From Schmidtea nova (lineage: Eukaryota), in NCBI GenBank assembly GCA_044892505.1, contig CM097882.1, positions 104,284,001-104,348,000 on the forward strand: a stretch of 64,000 bases of DNA, given 5' to 3'. Numbering within the stretch: position 1 is the stretch's first letter; every line of letters begins with the position of its first letter. Of the stretch, positions 50,761 through 61,000 are shown piece after piece. A program made the position numbers and the translations under genes. Below the pieces are notes generated by a model. The model saw only the letters and a program-made list of their open reading frames with translations. It did no database searches and had not been told where the DNA came from.

Positions 50761-51750
50761 TTCAAAGAAAGATACCCAAAAATGGTTATCTGATCAATTA
50801 GCATATAGTTTAAATAAACCAATGTTGAAAAGATTTCCTACACGAAGTTACAAAACAATTGGTGTTGATGATTTGTGGCAAATGGATTTAATGGAAATGA
50901 TACCTTTTTCAAAAATAAATAATGGATACAAGTATATTTTGACTTGTATTGATGTGTTTAGTCGCTATGCACGTGCAGTTCCAACAAAAACTAAATCTGC
51001 AAATGAAATGGCTGAAGCTATAAAAACTTTATTTGCAGATGGGCAACCTCGAAATTTACAAACTGATTTGGGTAAGATTTTAATTTAATTTAATTTAATT
51101 TAAATTTTATTCTAGGTAAAGAATTTTATAATAGTAAAGTTAAAGAAATTATCAAGGGTATTAATCATTACTCTGTATTTTCACAATTCAAGGCAGCTGT
51201 TGTTGAAAGATTCAATCGAACTCTGAGAGATAAATTGAAAAAATACTTTGTTTTTCAAGGAAATAAAACTTGGATAAATGTTTTGCCTAAATTGATTTAT
51301 AGTTATAATTATTCTCCCCATAAAGGAATACAAGGAAAGCGACCCATTGATGTTTATTCTACAAATAATATGGATAGTTGGTTATCTGAACAAAGAAAAT
51401 CAATAAAGAAAAAGCCAAAATACAGGGTCGGTGATCATGTTAGAATCAGTAAAATCAATGGATCCCCCTTTATCAAGAATTTTGACAATAATTGGAGCGA
51501 TGAAGTTTATCAAATCTCGAAAATCAATACAAATCAGAACCCGGTCATGTACTTTATTACCGATTCTGAAAATAATGAAATCAGTGGGAAATTCTATGAA
51601 CAAGAGTTACAAGTCATTCCAGCCCCATCAGTATTCAGAATTCAAAAGATTTTAAAAACCAGAATGGTTGGCAAATATAAACAATATTATGTTCAATGGC
51701 ATGGGTATGAAAAACCCACTTGGATATCTGAAAACCAATTGATTAAATAA
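50642..51750 (+). CDS. Retroviral-type (c-int) DDE integrase with C-terminal chromodomain-like region; one 44-nt intron (51072-51115)
   Basis: WQMDL, QTDLG|KEFYN after splicing, VVERFNRTL, YYVQWHGY. Confidence 0.93.
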
Positions 51751-51755
51751 ATATT

Positions 51756-52793
51756 ATGAAAGAAAACCAGTTTTATATGATTTTGCCTAGCAATGCATGT
51801 CCTCTTATTTATCCTAATAATGAAGCTAGTAATTTTAATGTAGAATTTCAAAATCCGATTTATTTAAATAGTAATGACGATTGGGAAGTTGCTTTGATTG
51901 ATTTTACTTTTGTGTATAATTTGTTCCCGTATTATAGTAATTCTTTTATTCAAATTGAAACTAAAAGAGAAATTCAAGAAATTAGTTATTTGAGAATCAA
52001 TAATCAAAAAAAAACATTCCAAGTTATAGTTTCTCAACCTAGTTCAGACACTGATGTATTTATTGAAAAATATGAATATTTGGTGTTTGTTTGCCCACAT
52101 GTTCCATTTAAAATTACATTTCCAGATCTTGAACATGCAAAAAGTTTTGGATTGGAAAATGCAACAATTACAAGTGAAAATGATCATTATCGCTTAAAAT
52201 TACCAAAATTCACTAATGATAATAGTGTTGAACAATTTGGAATTTTATTAAATTATGACATTAAAACTGTTAATGATTATTATTTTCAAGAAGAATTATT
52301 CATAACATCATTACCAGAACTGCAAGGATATTTAATGAAAATTAATCCATCTCCATTTAAAGAAATGAAACTTGTCAATAATGAATTGGTTAAAATTATT
52401 CTTCAGGATAATATTTCAAAAATTACTTTTGATTCAAATTTAACCAAATCTCTGGGTCTACAGAAACAAACATATAATGATACAGAAATAATCGGTGTAA
52501 AAATCCCCAAAATTTTACAACTTCATCAGCAAATGTTCATTTACAGCAACATTATCGAACCAGTAACTGTTGGAGATGTACGAGTTCCCCTCCTAAAATC
52601 AATTTGGATCAAGAAATATGACCAAGGTGAAGTTGTACAAATTGAAATAAAGAATCCAATGTATTTGCCGATTTCAACATCAACTATAAACAACATTGAA
52701 ATCAATATTCGTGATGACAGTGGAAAATTAATTAAATTTTCAAAAGATACAAAGACTCATTTGACTCTACATTTTCGTAAAATAAATGATTAA
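51756..52793 (+). CDS. Minor capsid protein (penton) 1
   Basis: FYMILPSN...WEVAL and IYSNIIEPVTVGDVRVPLLK...NPMYLP...IEINIRDDSG motifs. Confidence 0.85.
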   Translation: MKENQFYMILPSNACPLIYPNNEASNFNVEFQNPIYLNSNDDWEVALIDFTFVYNLFPYYSNSFIQIETKREIQEISYLRINNQKKTFQVIVSQPSSDTDVFIEKYEYLVFVCPHVPFKITFPDLEHAKSFGLENATITSENDHYRLKLPKFTNDNSVEQFGILLNYDIKTVNDYYFQEELFITSLPELQGYLMKINPSPFKEMKLVNNELVKIILQDNISKITFDSNLTKSLGLQKQTYNDTEIIGVKIPKILQLHQQMFIYSNIIEPVTVGDVRVPLLKSIWIKKYDQGEVVQIEIKNPMYLPISTSTINNIEINIRDDSGKLIKFSKDTKTHLTLHFRKIND

Positions 52794-53808
52794 AAAGGAT
52801 TTTTATGTAAATTTACCAAGCAATTCTTGCCCATTGACACATCCTAATAATAAAGCTGGAAAATTCAATGTTGAATATCAAAACCCGATTTATTTGGATG
52901 GTAGTTGGGAAGTTGCTCTTATGGATTTTACTTTTGTGTACAATGAATTTCCGTTTTATAATAGTTCAAGTATAAAATTTACTAGAAGTGAATTACATTC
53001 TAGTTATGAATATTTCAATTTTAACCAACAAAAGAATGAATATGATATTAGTCACGATTCCAACTATTATTTGATGTATATTGATGGCAATATTTTAAAT
53101 GTAAATTGTAAATATTTTCCATTTCAAATAATATTTGATAATGTTGAAGAAGCTAGAAAATTAGGGTTTCAAGAAAAAGCTGTGACATTTAATGATGAAT
53201 TAAACAAAATTAAAATTCCTGCAAATGAAAATAAAAAACTTGATGATACTATACGATTTACTATAACTTATACTTTTCCTGTTGAATATACAGATAATTT
53301 CAAAGACGATTTAATAATAAATAATCTTACTGAATTATCTGATCAAATTGAAACTTTTTATCCACATCCATTTAAAGTGATTGATATTAAAGAAGGAAAA
53401 TTAATTAAATTAATTCTTGAAGATGATATAACTAGTGTAAAATTTAGTTGGAATTTAGCAAATTCGTTAGGATTAGTTGAACAAGAATTCTTTGACAAAA
53501 TTATTGATGGTGTATATTACCCACAAGTTTTAAAACTTCATCAACAAATGTTCATCTATACGAATATTATTCAACCAATTCTTGTTGGTGACATGTCAGT
53601 TCCCCTATTGAAATGTGTTTGGGTTGAAAAACATAAAAAGGGTGATTTGGTTCAAATTGTTGAGAAAAATCCAATGTATTTACCGGTCAGTTCCACATAT
53701 ATAAACAATATAGAAATCAATATTCGTGATGACAGTGGAAAAATAGTTAAATTTGCAAAACAAGACAAGACTTACTTGACATTACATTTCCGTAAAATAA
53801 ATGAATAA
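52786..53808 (+). CDS. Minor capsid protein (penton) 2
   Basis: Same terminal motifs as penton 1 with a divergent centre. Confidence 0.85.
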   Translation: MIKKDFYVNLPSNSCPLTHPNNKAGKFNVEYQNPIYLDGSWEVALMDFTFVYNEFPFYNSSSIKFTRSELHSSYEYFNFNQQKNEYDISHDSNYYLMYIDGNILNVNCKYFPFQIIFDNVEEARKLGFQEKAVTFNDELNKIKIPANENKKLDDTIRFTITYTFPVEYTDNFKDDLIINNLTELSDQIETFYPHPFKVIDIKEGKLIKLILEDDITSVKFSWNLANSLGLVEQEFFDKIIDGVYYPQVLKLHQQMFIYTNIIQPILVGDMSVPLLKCVWVEKHKKGDLVQIVEKNPMYLPVSSTYINNIEINIRDDSGKIVKFAKQDKTYLTLHFRKINE

Positions 53809-54208
53809 TCCAGATATTATCAGTTTCTATAGCAACAGTCAATCAGGTGGAGAATTACCGTATTTTGTAGGTAAGCAATATGGAACTGGTTGGTTAAAAA
53901 CGATAGGTAGATTTGCATTACCAATTCTTAGACGTATTGGAAATTTCGGTATGAAAACTGCCAATGATGTGTTAAATAATAATTCAAAGATTTTACCTGC
54001 ACTAAAGTCCAATGCCATTTCTGAAATTAAAGATTCATTACCCGATGTGATTCATCATTTGCCACAAGTAATTAATAAAGTAACTGATGTGTTTAACGAA
54101 AATAAAACTGAAAATAAACAAAATGGCGGAATTCTTAAACGTAAAAGAAATATGAAGAAACATATAAACAAAAGAATGAAAGGATATGGAACAATATTTG
54201 AAAAATGA
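53801..54208 (+). CDS. Conserved Polinton core protein with QxGG sites and an amphipathic helix (pVI-like)
   Basis: QSGG|ELPYFVGKQYGTGWLKTIGRFALPILRRIG; QNGG| followed by a basic tail. Confidence 0.7.
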   Translation: MNNPDIISFYSNSQSGGELPYFVGKQYGTGWLKTIGRFALPILRRIGNFGMKTANDVLNNNSKILPALKSNAISEIKDSLPDVIHHLPQVINKVTDVFNENKTENKQNGGILKRKRNMKKHINKRMKGYGTIFEK

Positions 54209-55431
54209 TTAGTGCAAAATCTGAATTATGTCTTTTTGACAGACCATCTCCACAAGCAGTGATTGAACATGGGGCATTTGAAGATATTTACCCAACAAAT
54301 TCAATTACAGATGCTGGAACATCATCTATTCAATTTTACATCAACGGATCTCAAACTGAATATTTAGATTTGAACGATACTTTACTATCTCTTCAGGTCA
54401 AAGTTGTAAACAAATCGGGTGAAAATTTAGGATTGGATGCTGATGTTACTCCCAACAATTTCTTTTTCCAAACTCTTTTTAAAGAAGCCGAATTAATTTT
54501 CAATTCTACTAAAGTTGAAGGAGGAAATGATACATTTACACACAAAGCCATGATTGAAACTATTCTCAACTACAATAATGATACAAAACACACATCTTTA
54601 ACTCCAATGGGATACAATGAACATGATCTTACTAGAAAAACATGGATTGCAAAATCAAAACCATTTTCAATTTGTTCTCCATTACATTTCGATTTCATGG
54701 AACAACCCAAGTACTTATTACCAGGTGTAAGTGTTCAAATTAAATTGACGAGATCAAACCCAGCCAATAGTTTAACATGTACAAAAATTGAACCTATAAT
54801 TGAATTATTAGAGGCAAAATTAATGGTTAGAAGAGTTCGAGTTGAACCATCAGTTTTGGCTGGGCATCAAATTGGACTTGGTACAAGAAATGCAATTTAT
54901 CCAATAAGAAATAAGGAAGTCGTAGAATTTTCATTGCCAATGGGATCTTCGTCATTTTATAAAGAACAAATCTTTGGTGATAGACGATTACCAAACTTTA
55001 TTCTTGTAGCATTTCAAGGTAATAAAAGACACGGTGGTTCCTTTACTGAAACTTATTCTATTTACGATCATTTTAATGTCAAATCATTAACTTTATCGAA
55101 AGGAAGTGATTATCGTGAAAAATATTCTCAAGATTTTGAAAATGATAATTGCAGTACTAGTTATATGCAATCTATTATCCGTAACCTTGGTTACCTAAAT
55201 AAGAGTATGAATTGTGGTATTTCATTAGCAGATTGGAAAACCAAATATCCTTTTTTCACCTTCGTTTTGGCTCCAGATTTTGATCTAAATCAAAGTCAAT
55301 TACCACAACAGGGTAATTTAAGACTTGATATTAAATTTGGTACACCATTGACTGAATCAGTTTCTGTAATTGTATATGGAGTTTTTGAAAAGGAATTACA
55401 AATTACAGCTAATCGAACAATACTGGTTTGA
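54205..55431 (+). CDS. Major capsid protein (double jelly-roll), 408 aa
   Basis: KSELCLF, EYLDLNDTLL, TLFKEAEL, LHFDFMEQPKYLLPGVSVQIKL, LRLDIKFGTPL; its position between pentons and protease fits. Confidence 0.9.
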   Translation: MISAKSELCLFDRPSPQAVIEHGAFEDIYPTNSITDAGTSSIQFYINGSQTEYLDLNDTLLSLQVKVVNKSGENLGLDADVTPNNFFFQTLFKEAELIFNSTKVEGGNDTFTHKAMIETILNYNNDTKHTSLTPMGYNEHDLTRKTWIAKSKPFSICSPLHFDFMEQPKYLLPGVSVQIKLTRSNPANSLTCTKIEPIIELLEAKLMVRRVRVEPSVLAGHQIGLGTRNAIYPIRNKEVVEFSLPMGSSSFYKEQIFGDRRLPNFILVAFQGNKRHGGSFTETYSIYDHFNVKSLTLSKGSDYREKYSQDFENDNCSTSYMQSIIRNLGYLNKSMNCGISLADWKTKYPFFTFVLAPDFDLNQSQLPQQGNLRLDIKFGTPLTESVSVIVYGVFEKELQITANRTILV

Positions 55432-55524
55432 GCAGAGCTCAAACATTACTGGTTTGAGCAGAGCTCAAACAATACTGGTTTGATTAAATGGTTATAAACT
55501 AATTTGACAAAAATTTATCATCAA

Positions 55525-55908
55525 ATGAAGTAAGATTTTAATTTTATTTAAATTTTTATTTTTATTAGTTCTATTCAGATTGAATATATTGCTAGAAAAT
55601 TATTGGGATCGGAATTTCTTGGTGTTTTTCCGTTGGATAAAATTCCATATATTGATGTAAACAAAGCTTTGATTGTCAATACTCAATCATCAAACCTTAA
55701 TGGTGAACATTGGATTGCAGTTTATGTAAAACCCGATAAAATACACGTGTTTGATCCAATGGGATTTTATTATCCGCCGCTATTGATTAAAAAACTATCG
55801 TCAATGATGATGCCAATTGAATATAACAGAATCCGATACCAGAATCCAATGACAAAAACATGTGGTCAGCACTGTATAGCGTGGTTAATAAAAATGTTTA
55901 ATAAATAA
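55525..55908 (+). CDS. Adenain-like cysteine protease; one 39-nt intron (55530-55568)
   Basis: Spliced start MN|SIQIEY..FLGVFPLD; catalytic GEHW, FDPMG, Q...CGQHC. Confidence 0.92.
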
Positions 55909-57240
55909 ATATTTGTATTGAATATTTGTATTATTTTTAATTCATAATTTTAATTAAATTAGTTTTGTTTAATATTTTACGTTGCGGTAATCTAATTCGT
56001 GTGCTCGTGTGTGTATCCATGGAAATTTTGGTGTGTTGTGTATCATGTAATAATTAAGTATATAAACGAGAAAAAATCATTTTAAAATCACTTTTTACTT
56101 GATCCCAACTTTGGTAAGTTAATTTTTGTTAAAAATCTTTTGAATTAATTTTTATTATTTTTAGAATTTTGCGATATCGAATTTAAAAAATTATGAATTT
56201 TAACGAAGAAAATATGAATTTTAATGAAAAAAGCAATTATTTTGTAAATATCCTAAAGAAAAATGTCAAATGTAAGTATTGTTACAATTGTATTTAATAT
56301 ATTATCATTCTAAAATTAAATTCAAATTAATTGAATATTAGTTAATTTGAATTTAAATTTAGAAAGTTATATAATTATTAATTTTTAATGTTAATTTAAT
56401 ATTTACTGATAATATTTTCTGATTTTAATATTTATTGATTTTAATATTTATTGATAATAATATTTACTAATGTTTATTAACTTTTATTTTTTAATGATAG
56501 TTGTTATATTTTATTATTTTAATGTTAATTTAAATTATTTGAATATTTAAATAATAAACTATTTGAATTATTTAAATATCTATTTAATTTGAATTAATAA
56601 TGATTTTTGGAAATTTACTGATAATATTTACTGATTTTAATTTTTATTGATTTTAATATTTATTGATAATAATATTTACTAATGTTTATTAACTTTTATT
56701 ATTTAATGATAGTTGTTATCTTTTAATGTTAATTTAAATTATTTGAATATTTAAATAATAAACTATTTGAATTATTTAAATATCTATTTAATTTGAATTA
56801 ATAATGAATTTTGGAAATTTAAAGATATTTTAATTAATTTTAATTATTTGATTATTTAATTTGAATTTATATGCAAAATCAAGCAAAATGAATTTTGGAT
56901 AATATAAAAGATATGTTAATTAATTATTTAAATAATACATTAGTTTAATTATTTAAATATTTATTTAATTTGAATATTAATTTTATATGCAAAACTAATT
57001 ATTTAAACAAAATGGATTTTGGATAATATAAAAGATATGTTAATTAATTTTAATTATTTAAATAATACATTAGTTTAATTATTTAAATATTTATTTAATT
57101 TGAATATTAATTTTATATGCAAAATTAAATATTTTAACAATATGAATTATGTTATTAAACATTTAAATAAAAAACTAATCTATTTTATAATAGTTGTAAG
57201 CTAAATATTTGAATAAAAGACAAGATTTGAAAATTAAAGT

Positions 57241-57774
57241 TTATTCATATAAAATAGATTCTATTATCTTCCAAACTGGTCTGACTGTATTGTTTGTTTC
57301 TTTAAAACCTTGTATTATTATCTTGATTTGAAACATTGAATTTTCTTCATGATTTTCAAAATTACAATCTTTATTAATATTCATGAAAGTAAAATTTTCA
57401 TTAAATCGCATTTCTTTATTGATTGCTAGTAAAATTTCACTTATATTTTGTCTATCGATATCTCCAATCTTTCCAACTTGAATGTTGTATAACGATTGTT
57501 TCAATGTAACTGGTTCCTATAAATAAAATAATAATTGTTTTTTAATAAATTAATTAATTACCTTAAATGAATATGTTATTGGGAATTTTAAATATTCCAT
57601 CGAATATTGAAGAAATTGCACTGCAGGATTTCTGATCAAATTAGCTGCCGAAATAGAATTTTCTTCAAGAATAATTTTCATAACTTCTTGTTTGGTCATC
57701 TTTTTCGATCCTAAAATAAAAAATTAAAAAATATTCATTTTTAAATAATAAAACTAACTTTTAAGTTGAAACAT
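57241..57774 (-). CDS. Polinton accessory protein (146 aa, three predicted exons); possibly OB-fold SSB-like
   Basis: Exons 57759-57774, 57562-57710 and 57241-57516 join in frame through 48- and 45-nt GT..AG introns; homologues at 45485-45860 and 40022-40186. Confidence 0.7.
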
Positions 57775-58033
57775 TTTTAAAATGAAATCTATATTTTGTT
57801 AGATCATTTATATATGTTTTCTAAATTTTATATTATCCAATCAAAATTCGTTTAACATTTTATTTGATTTTCATTGATTATTATTTATGTGTGCAGATAC
57901 ACGCTTTATTGATATTTTTTAATTGATTGTTAATTTTATATATGCATATTTTTAATATTTTTTATTTTTTATAGGCGGATTATATCCCCAATATTGTCAT
58001 TCATCTTATCATGATGAAACCTGTCATGATTCG

Positions 58034-61000
58034 ATGGAGCGATATTATTCTTATACACATAACCGCATCTCTTACCTTATTTGTCCCATTTGTAAATCGA
58101 CTTCTGTTTCTTCTTATGTAGACTTTTATAAGCTTCATTGTGAACATTTGAATCAATTTCAATGTTCTAAAAAATCGATTNNNNNNNNNNNNNNNNNNNN
58201 NNNNNNNNNNNNNNNNNNNNNNNNNNNNNNNNNNNNNNNNNNNNNNNNNNNNNNNNNNNNNNNNNNNNNNNNNNNNNNNNNNNNNNNNNNNNNNNNNNNN
58301 NNNNNNNNNNNNNNNNNNNNNNNNNNNNNNNNNNNNTGTGATCCCACCCCAAATAAATTAATTAAATTAAATGAAATAGTTGTTCTTTCTGACGACGACG
58401 ATATAGTGATTGTTTCTGATGACGATGATATAGCTGTTCCCTCTGAAATAGTTGTTCTTTCTGATGATGAACCCATCATAGATGTTCAATATGGTGGGTC
58501 CCTTCTTCCTAATGTTAAATTTGATTTGAGAAAATCTCACGCCGTTGTGAAAATGGATGTTTCTCACTTGGTTTTGAAAACTTTAATTTTACCTGATATT
58601 TTAATTAATAAATTAAATAATGTTATTAATGAGATGGGTTCAGTGAAAATACAATTTTGTATTGATGTAGAGTTTGAAAAAGATGGTGAATTTCAATCAT
58701 TTATCATTTCAAACTCTGCGAGACCCATGAGTGATACCTTTTTTGACGAGGGTATTGCTCTTTTAAATGAAAAGATATCATTAATTAACGATAAAGGGAG
58801 TAATTGGGTTATTAACAAAGTTAATGAAATCCATTTCGTTGTAACAAAATTTGCTCAAATTAGTCGATTGAGTGGCAGAGGTCATATTGAAACCCCTCAA
58901 TCTTTACAATTAAAATATTGTACAGTAAACGTAAGAAATTCTGACGACTTGTGTTTCATTTATAGCATTTTAGCTATTTTAAAATATGATGAAGTTGATG
59001 GACATAGATATAGGACTAGTAGTTATAATCTTTCTGATCTTGACTTTGTCCGTTCTGATTTACCGATGAGACTTTGTAATATTCCGAAATTTGAGGCTAA
59101 AAACCCTGGACTTGCTATTAACGTTTTTTCATATGATGAGGATGCTTTACTTGATACATTGGCAAATCCTGAAGTTTTTAAACACCCTTGTGTCGATATA
59201 ATTCATAGGTCGAAAGTTGTTGGTGGTACTCCTATTAACTTGATTTTGTTGGAAAGTGGTGATGCATATCATTATATTGCAGTCACCGATCTAGATAGGC
59301 TTTTGAATTATCGCAATCACCATTTTTCAGATACTCGAGTACAAAGTATTTGGTGTCATCGATGCTTGAATGGATTTCGAAAACAGGAAGCATTCGATTG
59401 TCATCAACAGTTGTGTGCTAAAAATCAATTAGGCACAACTCTTTATACTCTGCCTAGAAATAAAAATTTGAAATTTAGTAATTGGGGCAAAACAATTACC
59501 CCACCTTTTGTTGTTTACGCCGATTTTGAGGCAATCTTACCTACTGATGAAAAATATTTTCAAAGACATGTCCCAATATCTGCCGGTCTTTTACTTGTAA
59601 ATAATTTCACTGGAGAAAAGATTTACAAGAGTTTCTTAGGTCTTGATTGCGTTACTAATTTTCTTACTGAAATTAGTAATATTTCTGAAACTATTGTTTA
59701 TCCCTTTTATAGAACTAATTACAAGAAACCTCTTTTTATGACATCGGCTAATCAACAATCTTTTGATTCTGCTACTATTTGTTATCTTTGTAAGAAAACT
59801 TTAGTACAACCAGTTAGAGACCATGATCACTACACTGGTGAATATTTGGGAGCTGCTTGTAATTCTTGTAATCAATCCCGTCGTTTATACAAGTTTTTAC
59901 CCGTTATTTTTCATAATTTAAAGGGTTATGACTTGCACCATATTCTTAAATATGGTTTGGCTAATTTTTCAACTTGGAAAATTTCTTGCATTCCTACAAC
60001 TAGCGAAAAGTTCTTGACATTGTCTGCAAGGGTTGGTGATTTAACAATTAAATTCATCGATTCTTGTCAGTTTGTAAATTCTAGTTTAAATGACGCTGTT
60101 AAGACTCTTACTTGTTTGCCTTTGACTAGATCTGAATTCACCGGGACTATTGTTGACTGTAAGGGTATTTTTCCTTATGATTTTGCAACATCTTTAGAAA
60201 TTCTTAACAACACTTATGAGTTGCCACCAATCTGGAAAGGTGTTAAACAAGACGAATATGACAAGGCATTGGTGATTTGGAGGGAATCCCAGTGTCAAAC
60301 TCTTTGTGACTATATGATGGTCTACCTTAAACTGGATGTTTTTCTTCTTGCTGATTTCTTTCAACAGTTTAGGGCTAAATCTATAGCTCACAATAGACTT
60401 GAGCCTTTGAATTTCTTGGGGATTCCAGGTATGTCGTGGGCTTCTGCGCTTATTACCTTGGATGAACCTATTGAGTTGCTCCAGGATATGGAAATTTATA
60501 ATTTTTTCGAAGGGGGGATCCGTGGTGGATTGACATTTGTCAACAAGCATCACGTAGTATCCTCCGAAACGACTGAACTTTTATATATTGACATAAATAA
60601 TTTATACGGGTGGGCTCTAAGTCAAAAATTACCTTATGGTGAATTTAGTTGGATCACAGATCAAAATAAATTAAATAAATTAATTAAATTAATGGATGCT
60701 GATTTGGCTATTTTGACTTATGGCGTGACTTTTGAAGTGGATCTTGAAATCCCTTCAGAAATTCACGATAAATTAAATGATTTTCCGGTTGCAGCAGAGA
60801 AAATGTGTGCTCCCGGTTCAAAAGTTGAGAAGTTAATGCTTACGCATTATCCAAAGTTCAACTATGTTGTTCATTGGAGGCTTCTCAAGCTTTTTGTTTC
60901 TTTGGGTGTTAAAATAACACGAGTTCATCGGGCTGTTCAGTACAAACAGAAACCCATCTTTAAAAAATATATTGATACGAACACTGAACTTAGGGCAGCT

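Noticed and set aside
50565-53805. Poxvirus-like TAAATG late promoter motif at gene starts
   Set aside because: Present at only three starts and explained by an A-rich start context and overlapping AATAAA in very AT-rich DNA.
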